Shown here: one piece after another, positions 40,140 through 50,176 of the stretch | Layout of the letters: each line of letters opens with the position of its first letter | Position numbering within the stretch: position 1 is the first letter of the stretch | Assembly: GCA_963749495.1 (NCBI GenBank) | Contig: CAVVMW010000005.1 | Location: forward strand, 96,001 to 160,000 | Length of the DNA: 64,000 bases | From: an uncultured bacterium | GTDB lineage: Bacteria; Verrucomicrobiota; Verrucomicrobiia; Limisphaerales; UBA8199 | Reading direction: 5' to 3' | Notes under the pieces: generated by a model | Seen by the model: only the letters and a program-made list of their open reading frames with translations | What the model was told of the DNA's origin: nothing | Databases searched by the model: none | Made by a program: the position numbers and the translations under genes

Positions 40140-41453
40140 ATGTCCACCCTCGCATTACTGGGCGGCGAGCCGGTTCGCCGCAAGCCGTTTTCACCCTGGC
40201 CCCAATATGCCGCTCGCAACGTCGAGCGCGTGGTGAAGGTCGTCGAGAGCCGCCATTGGGGCGGGTTCCCGGTGCCGAGCCCGCTGGCCAGGGAGTTCGC
40301 GGAGAAGTTCTGCCAGTTGCACGGAGCCAAGCACGGATTGTGCGTGGCCAACGGGACGATTGCGCTCTCGGCCGCCGCGCAGGCCCTGGGCCTGCAGTTC
40401 GGCAACGAGGTCATCGTGCCGGCTTACACTTGGGACGGGACAGCCGTGGCGGTGCTCCAGGCGGGCGGTGTGCCGGTGTTTGCCGACGTGGACCCGGACA
40501 CGTATTGCCTGGCGCCGGAGGCCGTGCGGGCCGCCATCACACCCCGCACGCGGGCGCTCATGCCCGTGCACCTGGCCATGCGGTTCGCCGATATGGACGC
40601 CTTGCTGGGAATCGCGCGGCAGCACGGCCTGCTGGTCATCGAAGATTGCGCGCACGCCCACGGCGGCCTCTTCCAGGGACGCGGCGCCGGGACGGGCGGC
40701 AACGTCGGCTGCTTCAGCTTCCAGGAGAGCAAGCTCATCACCTCGGGCGAAGGCGGATTCGTCATGACCAACCGGCTGGACTGTTTCGAGGCGCTCCAGA
40801 CCATTGTCAATTGCGGGCGGCCGAGCTTGACCGATCAATTCCAGAAAAAGGTCCTGGGCAGCAACTACCGCTTGACCGAGCTGCAGGCGGCCTTGCTCCT
40901 GGGCCAGTTGGAAATGTGGCCTGAACTCCGCAACAGGCGCGCCCGCCACGCCGCCTTGCTCAGCAAGGCCCTGGCCGGCCTGCCGCACGTCCGTCCCCTG
41001 CCCCCGCAACCCGGCTTGGAACGCGACACAATCTATAATTTCATCTTCCAGTATCGCCCCTCGGGCCCGGCGCCCGGCCGGGACCTCTTTGTGGCCGCGC
41101 TCGAAGCCGAAGGCGTGCCCTGTGACGGGCGGTTTTACGAACCGGTTTATCGGAGCGACCTCTTCTATGCCACGCCCCAGAACTGCCCGCAACTGGCCGT
41201 CGGCCGCGACCAACCCATGGATTACAGCCGCTGCCATTGCCCGGTCTCCGAACGCGCCGCATACCAGGAGGCGGTCTGGCTGCCCCAGTTCCTGCTCATC
41301 GGCGACGAGGCCGACGTGGCCGACGTGGCCAAAGCGGTCGAGAAGGTCGTCTCCAACCTCGGCGCCCTCGCTCAGGCCGACCCGAAGCTGGCCGGCCTCA
41401 AGGCGGCCAGCCGGGCGCTGCGCGCCAAACTGGAACGGGCCAAGAACTATTGA
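40140..41453 (+). CDS. DegT/DnrJ/EryC1/StrS PLP aminotransferase
   Basis: ANGTIAL, IEDCAHAHG, FSFQESKLITSGEGG, GSNYRLTELQAA. Confidence 0.93.
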   Translation: MSTLALLGGEPVRRKPFSPWPQYAARNVERVVKVVESRHWGGFPVPSPLAREFAEKFCQLHGAKHGLCVANGTIALSAAAQALGLQFGNEVIVPAYTWDGTAVAVLQAGGVPVFADVDPDTYCLAPEAVRAAITPRTRALMPVHLAMRFADMDALLGIARQHGLLVIEDCAHAHGGLFQGRGAGTGGNVGCFSFQESKLITSGEGGFVMTNRLDCFEALQTIVNCGRPSLTDQFQKKVLGSNYRLTELQAALLLGQLEMWPELRNRRARHAALLSKALAGLPHVRPLPPQPGLERDTIYNFIFQYRPSGPAPGRDLFVAALEAEGVPCDGRFYEPVYRSDLFYATPQNCPQLAVGRDQPMDYSRCHCPVSERAAYQEAVWLPQFLLIGDEADVADVAKAVEKVVSNLGALAQADPKLAGLKAASRALRAKLERAKNY

Positions 41454-41476
41454 ACCCGGCGGGGGGAACGGAAATG

Positions 41477-42317
41477 GGTTCTTCCGGAAAGTTCTAAGTC
41501 TCGAGTGACGAGGGCCAAGGAGTCTGAGGGCCAATGTTGAGCGTGCCGGGAGCCTGCGTCACCGCGTAGCGGTGCCTGAGGGTAGCCGTGGACTTCAGTC
41601 CACGGACCCAGGGCCCAAGCTCACCTGCGTCGCGTAGCAACGCTTGGAAACAGGATACGATTTGGCCGGCGCCAGGCCCTCAGGCGTCGCTACGCGACGC
41701 GGAGCCATTCCCACGCGCCAAACCGTGGACCGAGGTCCTTGTCTTTACCCACATCTCCTGAGCGGTCATATCAGTTCCCCTTTTGAGCAGGCGGGAGAAA
41801 GGCCTGAGGAGCATGCCAGTTTTAGCCGCCAAAGGCGCCCTTGATACCAGCCGGCGGCAACGCCCGGCCAACCCGGAGGGTTGGCAGAAGGTAGCCGGGG
41901 GTCGCCGTCCAGCGGCGACCCCCGGTTGCGGGCGTCCATGGCCCTGCACCCCGGCGGGGTGCCAGAAGAGCACACGTTCGCGGCGGGCGCCTTCTGGCAT
42001 CCCTCCGGGATGCAATCCCTTGCCGTCGCGGCACCGGGGGTCTCGCTACGCTTCGACCCCCGGCTACCTTCTGGCATCCCTCCGGGATGAGAAATGTGCT
42101 TCGGAGATCCCTAACGCCCATCAGATCCGCTTCATCAGGGCACCCGACGATGTGGGTAACGACAAGGACCGAGGTCCACGGCTGCCCTCGGCGCGTCGCT
42201 ACGCGACGCAGGCGCTACGCTGGCGACTCCGAGTGGGGTCACCCGCAGGTACAAGAGGGCGGCACGCGATGAATGTGCCACAGCTATCACTTCAGACTAG
42301 AACTTTCCGGAAGAACC
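41477..42317. mobile_element. Non-coding element bounded by 24-25 bp inverted repeats and filled with REPIN-like elements
   Basis: GGTTCTTCCGGAAAGTTCTAAGTCT (41477-41501) versus AGACTAGAACTTTCCGGAAGAACC (42294-42317). Inner palindromic elements at ~41559-41735, 41869-42089 and ~42130-42220. Confidence 0.7.
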
Positions 42318-42362
42318 GAAAAACTGGCCTGTCACGACTTGCGCCATTCCCTGTGATCAACT

Positions 42363-42438
42363 CCCCCTCCAACACTTGCTGCTGTATAGTTCTGCTTGAT
42401 TGATGGGCAGGCTATACGGTGGCAAGTGTTGGAGGGGG
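42363..42438. repeat. Inverted repeat / hairpin
   Basis: CCCCCTCCAACACTTGC...TATAG / CTATA...GCAAGTGTTGGAGGGGG. Confidence 0.75.
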
Positions 42439-42649
42439 CAGAAACCAGGGCGTTTAACTAGGGCGTTTAGGTATTAGCCTTCTTTTAGATGGAGTGCCGC
42501 CATCTCTAATCAATCCTCTGGCTTCTATATCGGCTCCTGTGGCTCTCTATAGACGGCTGTGGGGGCGGTGTGGAGGCTGGGCGGAAGAAGCAAGGTTGTT
42601 AGCTGTTTGCTTTAGCTATCAGCTCGTGTGGTTTGGTGTGCTGCTGAAT

Positions 42650-45106
42650 CCAGAACTCCTGACATAGCCTCATAGTTTTCGCCATTTCTGGGCATTTTCT
42701 GGGCGGACAATACTGGCGGGGGGGGGAACCCAAAACTGTCCGCTTTTTTGACCGCCGGGCTAACATCGGCGCGTATGGCCAATACCCTATGCGACGACCT
42801 CTTTCCAGAGGCGCGAAACCCACAAGGCACCCATGTCATCAACGAGCGATGCCTGCTGCTGACGCAGGAAGGTCACCGCCTTGTGCTCGTGTCAGGAATG
42901 CCCCTGGCACAGTATGCGGTGGGCGACCGCATGTCCGAAGCCCACGCCATGGTGAGCCTGATCGATGTAGGTTGGGCGGATCAGAACGACGTGGCCAGAG
43001 CCTTTGGTTACTCGGTCCGCACGGTGCGGCGCTGTCAACAACGCTTCGAGGGGGGCGGCTTGGCTGCACTGGGACGCCCCCGCGGTTATCCGCAGGGGCG
43101 TGCCCGCCTGGCGGCCTCTCGGCGAGGCTGGGTCCAACGGCTCAAGGCCCAAGGCCGCTCGCACTACGAGATTGCGCGGCGGCTTGGGGTCAGTGTGCAA
43201 GCCGTCCGCAAAACCGTGCGACGTTTAGGCTGGAAGCCCGCACGGATGGTCGTTCAGACCGAACTGCCTCTTGAGCCGCGGACGACCACCGCTGCGAACC
43301 AGCCCCCCGTGGAGACCCCTTCATCGACTCATTCACCCGCATCTGGGGGGAACCCAAAACTGTCCGCTTTTTGTGCATCCGTGGCGCCGAGCCCACTGCC
43401 GCGCAGCCTCGACACCGACCCGGCTCATCGCTGGACCGATCGGTTGCTGGCACGCCTGGGATTGCTGGAAGATGCAGCCCCGTTGTTCGGGTGCGCCGCC
43501 GCCGTGCCGTGCGTCGGCGTGCTCTTGGCCTTGCCGGCGTTGGTGGCCAGCGGCGTTTTCGACTGTGCTCAGAGGATCTACGGCAGCCTGGGGCCAGCCT
43601 TCTATGGATTGCGCACCAGCTTGCTCACACTCTTGCTCATGGCGCTGTGGCGCATCAAGCGACCGGAGGGCCTCAAGGAACACTCCCCTCAAGACTTGGG
43701 GCGTGTGCTGGGCTTGGACCGGGCGCCCGAAGTCAAAACGCTGCGGCGGAAACTGGCCTGCCTGGCGGCCACCGGACGCGCCGCGCAGTTTGGCCTGGCT
43801 CTGGCCCAGCGACGGGTCGCCTTGCGCGGAGCCGCCTTGGGTTTCCTCTACGTGGATGGCCACGTGCGGGTTTACCACGGCAAGCACCGTCTGCCCAAGG
43901 CCCACGTGGCTCAGATGCGCCTCTCGGTGCCGGCCACTTCGGACTATTGGGTCAACGACACGTGCGGCGATCCGCTCTTTGTCGTCACGGCACAGGCTAA
44001 CGCCGGCTTGGTCAAGATGCTGCCCGGCATCCTGGAGCAGGTGCGCAGCTTGGTGGGCAAACGACGCATCACCGTAGCCTTTGATCGCGGCGGCTACAGT
44101 CCCAAGCTCTTCCTCCAAATCCTGGCCGCGGGCTTTGACGTGCTGACGTACCGCAAAGGGCGCTGCCGCCGCGTCCCCCGCAAGCGCTTCCGGCCATGTC
44201 GCACCCGTTGTGAGGGACGGACCTTCCTCTACGTCCTGGCCGACCAGGAGGTGCGCTTGCTCAAGGGCAAGCTGCGCATGCGGCAGGTCACCCGCCTGAG
44301 GGACAACGGGCACCAAACCCCCGTCCTGACCTCGCGCCGGGATCTGTGCGCTGCCCAAGTCGCCTATCACATGTTTGATCGCTGGCGACAAGAGAATTTC
44401 CTGAAATACCTGTGCGACGAATACGCGTTGGACGCGTTAGTCGAATATGCCGCGGTGCCTGATGATCCCACTCGTGAGGTTCCCAACCCGGTCTGGGCGG
44501 CCGTGGACGCCCAATTGCGCCAGGCGTATGCCCAACTGGCTCGGCTGCAGGCCGAATATGGCCTGGAGGCGCTGGTCAACCTGGAGCAGCAGCAGCAGAC
44601 CATGCGCGGCTTCAAGATCGCGCAGGGCAAGCTCGGCCAGCAAATCGACACTGCTTGGCAGCGTGTAGCGCGACTGGAGAAACGCCGTGCCGCCGTGCCC
44701 CGGCGAGTGCCGATCCAAAGCATCACCAAAGAGCCCGTGGTGAAACTGGCTCCAGAACGCAAACATCTAACCAATGTGATTAAGATCGTGGCTTACCAAG
44801 CCGAGAGCGATTTGCTGAGATTAGTCGCGCCCTACTATCGGAGGGTGGGCGACGAAGGTCGAACTCTGATCCAATCGGCTTTGGCCAGCGCGGCGGATCT
44901 CGAAGTCACCCAAACGGAGTTGCGGGTGAGCTTGGCTGCGCTAAGTTCGCCGCACCGCACGCGGGCGATTGCCGCGCTTTGCGAGGAACTCAACCGGACC
45001 AATACCCTCTTTCCAGGTTCGCGCTTGCGCCTGCGCTACACAATTCGGGAAGCGCCGTGAGGCAAAAAGCGGACATTTTGTTTGACGGCTATGTCAGGAG
45101 TTCTGG
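42650..45106 (+). mobile_element. Apparently intact insertion sequence with 20 bp perfect TIRs and 3 bp TSD (AAT)
   Basis: CCAGAACTCCTGACATAGCC (42650-42669) / GGCTATGTCAGGAGTTCTGG (45087-45106); AAT at 42647-42649 and 45107-45109. Confidence 0.9.
42775..45060 (+). CDS. Large DDE transposase with two N-terminal HTH domains
   Basis: YVDGH, FDRGG, RWRQEN.LK (IS4-like catalytic triad); HTH-like segments at the N-terminus. Confidence 0.85.
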   Translation: MANTLCDDLFPEARNPQGTHVINERCLLLTQEGHRLVLVSGMPLAQYAVGDRMSEAHAMVSLIDVGWADQNDVARAFGYSVRTVRRCQQRFEGGGLAALGRPRGYPQGRARLAASRRGWVQRLKAQGRSHYEIARRLGVSVQAVRKTVRRLGWKPARMVVQTELPLEPRTTTAANQPPVETPSSTHSPASGGNPKLSAFCASVAPSPLPRSLDTDPAHRWTDRLLARLGLLEDAAPLFGCAAAVPCVGVLLALPALVASGVFDCAQRIYGSLGPAFYGLRTSLLTLLLMALWRIKRPEGLKEHSPQDLGRVLGLDRAPEVKTLRRKLACLAATGRAAQFGLALAQRRVALRGAALGFLYVDGHVRVYHGKHRLPKAHVAQMRLSVPATSDYWVNDTCGDPLFVVTAQANAGLVKMLPGILEQVRSLVGKRRITVAFDRGGYSPKLFLQILAAGFDVLTYRKGRCRRVPRKRFRPCRTRCEGRTFLYVLADQEVRLLKGKLRMRQVTRLRDNGHQTPVLTSRRDLCAAQVAYHMFDRWRQENFLKYLCDEYALDALVEYAAVPDDPTREVPNPVWAAVDAQLRQAYAQLARLQAEYGLEALVNLEQQQQTMRGFKIAQGKLGQQIDTAWQRVARLEKRRAAVPRRVPIQSITKEPVVKLAPERKHLTNVIKIVAYQAESDLLRLVAPYYRRVGDEGRTLIQSALASAADLEVTQTELRVSLAALSSPHRTRAIAALCEELNRTNTLFPGSRLRLRYTIREAP

Positions 45107-45260
45107 AATCAGGCAGCCCGGAGCTGAATGGGCCGCCGCCCGAGTTGGTCTTTCGCAACTAAACGGGGATGCAAGACAAATGCCACACGGGTGATTGACG
45201 CGCACTTGAGTTCACACGCAACGGACGCATTGTCCAGACTATCCGGTCGGTTTGAATCTC

Positions 45261-45472
45261 CGGCCCAAAGGGCCGGCAGAGCCTAGCCCAGGGCTGAGGC
45301 CGTCAGGCCGATGCCCTGGGAACATGCCCCCCCGAGGATTAGGCGCGCCCTGAAACGGCGCCAGAACACTCTGGCGCCCTTTCAGGGCGCGGGGCGTGGG
45401 TTTGTGGGCAAACCCAGGGCATCGGCCTGACGGCCTCAGCCCTGGGCTAGGTTCTGGCGGCCCGTTGGGCCG
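45261..45472. repeat. REPIN-like element (half copy at ~3792-3824)
   Basis: CGGCCCAAAGGGCCG...CCTAGCCCAGGGCTGAGGCCG / CGGCCTCAGCCCTGGGCTAGG...CGGCCCGTTGGGCCG. Confidence 0.85.
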
Positions 45473-45603
45473 CGAGGCACCGCAGGAAAGGCGGCTCATT
45501 TCACTGGTCTAAAGCCCGGGACTTGCTGCCTGGAAATCCGTGGGCCTGCACAATTGTCGATCCGGGCCGTGACGTTTTCCCGGCAGAATGGTCCAACCGG
45601 GTG

Positions 45604-46389
45604 ATGAACAGCAAAGAGTGCAAGAGCAGTATGGGTTCAGATCCATCGCGCCGCGCGGGGTTCACATTGGTGGAACTCCTGGTGGTCATCGCCATGATCG
45701 CCATTCTGGCTGCTCTGATGCTGCCGGCGCTTTCCAGGGCCAAGGCGCAGAGCCTAAGCTCCTCCTGCAAGAACCATCTGCGGCAGATCGGGCTTGGCCT
45801 GAAGATGTACGTCATGGACTATAACTGGTATCCACCTCTGACGGAACGTGGCTCCTCTCAAGTGTGCTTTGATAGGTTGCACCCATATTATCCCGTAATT
45901 TGGACCAATGTGTCATGGAACTGTCCGACATACATTGCCAACCATGGAGTCGTTTCCCGGGATTTAGTAGAGAATGAGTCTTGTGGTATCGCGTACTCGT
46001 ATAACTGGCGCGGTATCGCTACGGGTTGGCGAGGCTCCCCCAGATCCTTTTGGGGGCTGCAACTGGGTTTGGGCCAACTCCCGAAGGACAGCGCGAAAGA
46101 GCCAGCAGTTTTGGCCCCAAGCGAGATGTTTGCTGTTGCGGACGCTCGATCACACACCCGACTCAGCGGAATTGCCGGATCGATCAAGGCGCAGCCGTGG
46201 AGTCAGGAGGGGGAATCGGCTCCGCCACACGGCCAGGGCTACAATATCCTCTTCGGTGATGCACACGTGGTTCTGGTGAAGCGCAACAATTACCTGTACC
46301 CGCCTCGAACCGCGCACAATTGGAACCGGGACAACCAGCCGCACGCGGAGGCTTGGGCCCCGCGAAGCCAATGGGCGGTGCAGCAGTGA
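45604..46389 (+). CDS. Prepilin-type N-terminal cleavage/methylation protein
   Basis: [39 protein letters not shown]. Confidence 0.88.
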   Translation: MNSKECKSSMGSDPSRRAGFTLVELLVVIAMIAILAALMLPALSRAKAQSLSSSCKNHLRQIGLGLKMYVMDYNWYPPLTERGSSQVCFDRLHPYYPVIWTNVSWNCPTYIANHGVVSRDLVENESCGIAYSYNWRGIATGWRGSPRSFWGLQLGLGQLPKDSAKEPAVLAPSEMFAVADARSHTRLSGIAGSIKAQPWSQEGESAPPHGQGYNILFGDAHVVLVKRNNYLYPPRTAHNWNRDNQPHAEAWAPRSQWAVQQ

Positions 46390-46391
46390 GC

Positions 46392-47222
46392 ATGGCCTCG
46401 GCTTCGGACAGGCGAGCGCAAGGGAATTGCAGCGGTTTTACGCTGATGGAGCTTCTGGTGGTCCTCGCCATTATCGGCATCGTGGCGGCACTGCTGCTGC
46501 CGGCGCTTTCCATGGCCAAGGCCCACGCCCGCTCCACCGCCTGCAAAAACCATCTGCGGCAGATGGGACAGGCTCTCAAAATGTATGTGGATGATCACGA
46601 GAGCAGGTACCCCTATTACATTGGCCCTGCGGGTCCCGCTTATGGTGACGCAATCTGTCCGGGTCAGGGACGCAAAGGGGCCGGCCTGGTCTACTGGTTG
46701 ACAAAGCTATTCCCCTACTACCCACTGAATTGGACGAATGTCGCCTACCACTGCCCAGCGTACAGAGGAGTGATCTCAGGTCCGTTTGCACGGGAGACCA
46801 TCGACCGCCTGGGTAGCTACGGCTACAACGTGCATGGAACGGGCTACAGTTGGACTGACCATGCTGATGAAACGGTCATGGAGCATTTCGGTCTGGGTCC
46901 CATCATGACTTGGCCCGATGCACCGGCGGTTCGTGAGGCTCAAGTCAAGGTGCCGAGCGAAATGTTAGCCGTTGCCGATTCCCAGTTTTTTGAGGACCAC
47001 GGGAATGGGTGGCCAGGAGGGTCAGATATTCTGTATCCCGGTTCGCCCGTTTCGCCGTTGGGGCATCCATTTGACCCTGCGCGGCACGGGAGGAATTATA
47101 ACCTGCTCTTGTGCGACGGTCATGTTTCGGCGATGAGTCCTTGGGTGTTGTTCAATCGCACCAATACTGCCTCGACGTGGAATTACGACCACCAGCCACA
47201 CCCGGAATTGTGGGGGCCGTAA
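46392..47222 (+). CDS. Prepilin-type N-terminal cleavage/methylation protein with H-X9-DG motif
   Basis: [40 protein letters not shown]. Confidence 0.88.
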   Translation: MASASDRRAQGNCSGFTLMELLVVLAIIGIVAALLLPALSMAKAHARSTACKNHLRQMGQALKMYVDDHESRYPYYIGPAGPAYGDAICPGQGRKGAGLVYWLTKLFPYYPLNWTNVAYHCPAYRGVISGPFARETIDRLGSYGYNVHGTGYSWTDHADETVMEHFGLGPIMTWPDAPAVREAQVKVPSEMLAVADSQFFEDHGNGWPGGSDILYPGSPVSPLGHPFDPARHGRNYNLLLCDGHVSAMSPWVLFNRTNTASTWNYDHQPHPELWGP

Positions 47223-47346
47223 TAGTCATTCCGGTTGCAGGTTTTGTTGCTCACACTCCAAGCTGGAGCGAGGCGGCCATGCCCGCCGTATGGCCCAAAG
47301 GCAGCACGGCGGTGGCCGCCCCGGCGGCCCGGAACCCCATCTCGAA

Positions 47347-47973
47347 CTACTCCGAGACGACCAAGACCGAGTTTCTGCCCCCAAACGGATTCTGGACGCT
47401 CTCCTTGGCGTTGGGGTCAGGCACCCACTGGCCGTCCACCACGAAAAGGTACTCGTGACGGCCGGTGCCGACCGCCAGGTTGCCCACCCAGCGTCCGTCC
47501 CCGGTGTTGAGCAGGGGCGTGCGCTCGGGCCGCCAACCGTTGAAGGAGCCGGCCACGAAGACCTGCCTGGCCCCCGGGCGCACCAGTTCCAAGGAGACTC
47601 GGCCGTCTCCAGGCGCCCGGCCTCTCGCCGGTTCCGTTCTCGGCGGTTCGCTGCGCGCAAACTGGGTTTGGGCCCGCTCCGGGCTTGCGGGTTGTGTGCC
47701 CGTTGGCTGGAAACCGCCGGGTTGCGTCCTTGCCGGCTCGGGCCTGGGAGGTTGAACTCTCGGCTGCTCGACCCCGCCGGGTTGGGGTCTCGCCGGCTCG
47801 GGACTGCCGTGCTGAGTCCTGGCCGGCTCGGTCCGCGCAAACAGGGTTACTGCGCGCTCCGCCACGCTGGCCGGTCCAGTCCTGGCCGGTTCGGGCGCGC
47901 TGCAATGGGTTTGGGTTCTTGCCGCTTCCGGTTGAAGCGCATTCTTCTTCGATCTTTTCGTGCTCTTGCTCAT
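47347..47973 (-). CDS. Glycogen-binding (CBM48/AMPK-beta-like) protein with repetitive N-terminus
   Basis: VFVAGSFNGW, HEYLFVVDGQWVPDP, NPFGGRNS; repeated EPART-like units. Confidence 0.85.
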   Translation of the reverse strand: MSKSTKRSKKNALQPEAARTQTHCSAPEPARTGPASVAERAVTLFARTEPARTQHGSPEPARPQPGGVEQPRVQPPRPEPARTQPGGFQPTGTQPASPERAQTQFARSEPPRTEPARGRAPGDGRVSLELVRPGARQVFVAGSFNGWRPERTPLLNTGDGRWVGNLAVGTGRHEYLFVVDGQWVPDPNAKESVQNPFGGRNSVLVVSE

Positions 47974-48195
47974 AAACAGTTGCAACAACTTGGTCCTGGA
48001 TGCCTCGAAACATCCCCGTCAAAAAACCGCCTCGCGCGGCAGCACAGGCTGTGCCAGCCGATGCCGCCCTGCGCCCCGAGGCCGGATTTATAGAGCGATT
48101 TATTAGTGTCGCCGGGAGAATCCCCTTCTGGGCGCATTACAAGATGGCTCCTTTTTGCCAGAATGCCAAAGGAAATCCGTCGAAGACGATTTTGG

Positions 48196-48370
48196 GGGGC
48201 GCATCCTGAGAGTGCCCCCGGGGTGCGCCCGTCCCCGGGCGCAGCAGCGGCGGAGCGGGCAGGCGCGCTGGAGTGTTTGACCGCCGCCCCGGCTCCGGAC
48301 GTCGCTGCGCCCGGGGACGGGCGCACTCCGGTCCGGCCCCCGGCGGTGGGGGCGGTGTCGGGATACGCCC
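48196..48370. mobile_element. MITE with imperfect TIRs and 8 bp TSD GATTTTGG
   Basis: GGGCGCATCCTGAGAGTGCCCC / GGGGCGGTGTCGGGATACGCCC; GATTTTGG at 48188-48195 and 48371-48378. Confidence 0.75.
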
Positions 48371-48425
48371 GATTTTGGATCGAGTAAACCTTGCCTGGCA
48401 GCGTCGGCGCGCGTAGTCTGATCGC

Positions 48426-49277
48426 ATGACCACTAAGATCCGGCGCCACAAGCTGTCTGAGCCCCTGCTCGCTCGCGTCCTGGCGCGAGTGCGCCAGCGG
48501 CGGATTGCCCCGGCGCAGGTTGGTCGCCGCGGTTTCACCTTGATCGAGTTGCTGGTCGTGATCGCTATCATCGCGATCCTGGCGAGCATGCTGCTGCCGG
48601 CTCTGTCCCGAGCCAAGGAGAGGGCCAAGTCCATCAAATGTATGAGCAACACCCGTCAGTTGTGCCTGAGCTACAACCTGTATGCCCAGGACAACCGGGA
48701 TGACGTGGTGACGTTGTACTTGTTCGACACGGCGCCAACCGGCGCCTTCTTCCCGGGCACCGTCACGTGGTGGGTGGACCTCTTCCGGCCTTACCTCCAG
48801 GGGACAAACGTCCTGGTCTGCCCCAGCGTGATGGGCAAGGAACCGTTCGGCGCGGGTGGCCCGGGCGGGCTGGGCGTGGCCTTGAGCCATCCCGAGCTCT
48901 CCGCCTGGTCGTCAGACTGGCGGCCCAAGCTCGCCACCTTGAAGAATCCGTCCAAGAAACTGCCTTTTGTGGACTCGGGTCTGATCGGCAATCCGCTGGA
49001 ACGTAATCCGGACAATTGGGTCGCGGTGCCCAACCAGCAAGCCCTTTATTGGCGTGTGCCCACCAACCGGGGTTATTACGACGACGACCCGCAGCGCCCC
49101 GTCGGACGCCACCTCTGGCGGTGCAACGCCGGGTTTGCGGAGGGGCACGCCGAGGCGATCAAAGTCAGCAAGATCGGGTTGCAGTTCTTTGGCGGAAGCG
49201 TCACCGCCACCGGCATAGAATGGCTGGGCGGCAACGGCAAATACGACAAACGCTGGATGTGGTCCTGGGGCTCGTGA
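48426..49277 (+). CDS. Prepilin-type N-terminal cleavage/methylation protein
   Basis: [43 protein letters not shown]. Confidence 0.88.
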   Translation: MTTKIRRHKLSEPLLARVLARVRQRRIAPAQVGRRGFTLIELLVVIAIIAILASMLLPALSRAKERAKSIKCMSNTRQLCLSYNLYAQDNRDDVVTLYLFDTAPTGAFFPGTVTWWVDLFRPYLQGTNVLVCPSVMGKEPFGAGGPGGLGVALSHPELSAWSSDWRPKLATLKNPSKKLPFVDSGLIGNPLERNPDNWVAVPNQQALYWRVPTNRGYYDDDPQRPVGRHLWRCNAGFAEGHAEAIKVSKIGLQFFGGSVTATGIEWLGGNGKYDKRWMWSWGS

Positions 49278-49302
49278 ACACGGGTTAACTCGGGCGGGCT
49301 CG

Positions 49303-49941
49303 ATGCGAACCAGAGAAATCATTGCCGGGGGTCTTGTTGCGGGCACGGCGGCGGTGGCGCTCTGCCTCGCCCTCTCGGGGGGCACGCAGAAGATCGACCT
49401 CGCCCCCTACGACGCCCTGGGCGCGGTAACGGCGCAAGAGACCGCCATGCTGTTGGCCAACAAAGGCCAGGTGCTGGTGCTCGCCCGCGATACCGGCCAG
49501 GACAAGAACCCGTCGGTGGAAGCGGAACTGAGGGCCTTCCAGGAAACGCTCAAGAGCCGTCCTGGTCTGGGCGTCGTCATCGAAAGGGTCCGCGTCACGC
49601 CGATGCTGATGATGGCCACCGGGGGCGGCTTGCCCCCCGGCCAGCTTTTCAAGGCGCTGGAAACCCACAGCAATGCCGGCGCGGTGGTCCTGTTCTTCGC
49701 CTTTCCGGAGTTGACCGGTCCTGAGGCGGAAACGCTCAAGAAGATGGGCCTCAAAGTGGTCGTGGTTTCCTCGCTCCGTCCCGGCTACAAGCAACTGCTC
49801 GAGCGACAGGCCATCCACCTCGCCATCGTGCCTCGGCCGGACGCTCCGCCGCCAGGCACGCCGCCGCCGCGCACCCTCAGAGAACGCTTCGACCAGGAAT
49901 TCACCGTCCTCACCCCCGCAGACGCCGCCCGGTTGCCCTGA
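49303..49941 (+). CDS. Hypothetical membrane-anchored protein
   Basis: Coding-like ORF with an N-terminal hydrophobic segment, directly after the prepilin gene. Confidence 0.65.
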   Translation: MRTREIIAGGLVAGTAAVALCLALSGGTQKIDLAPYDALGAVTAQETAMLLANKGQVLVLARDTGQDKNPSVEAELRAFQETLKSRPGLGVVIERVRVTPMLMMATGGGLPPGQLFKALETHSNAGAVVLFFAFPELTGPEAETLKKMGLKVVVVSSLRPGYKQLLERQAIHLAIVPRPDAPPPGTPPPRTLRERFDQEFTVLTPADAARLP

Positions 49942-50176
49942 AAGAAACGAAACGTCGGATTTGGAATTGTCAACTTCAAATACGACTTTCCCGCGGTGCT
50001 CTTTGTGGCTGGGGCCCGCCAACCGGGGGACCTCGCGAGCAAGACCTGTCTGGCGTAGCCCGCGGGGCGCGCTTTCTCCAGGCCGGCCCACACGTATTAC
50101 AGACTCATCGACCCCTTCTGTCATGCGCTCTCATTGACGGGCCGCTTTTCCGTGCTATGAAGGAGGAGGAGCACGT

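Noticed and set aside
45604..49277. Prepilin cluster as a novel pilus system
   Set aside because: Expanded H-X9-DG prepilin-like paralogs are commonplace in PVC genomes, and no assembly genes are nearby.
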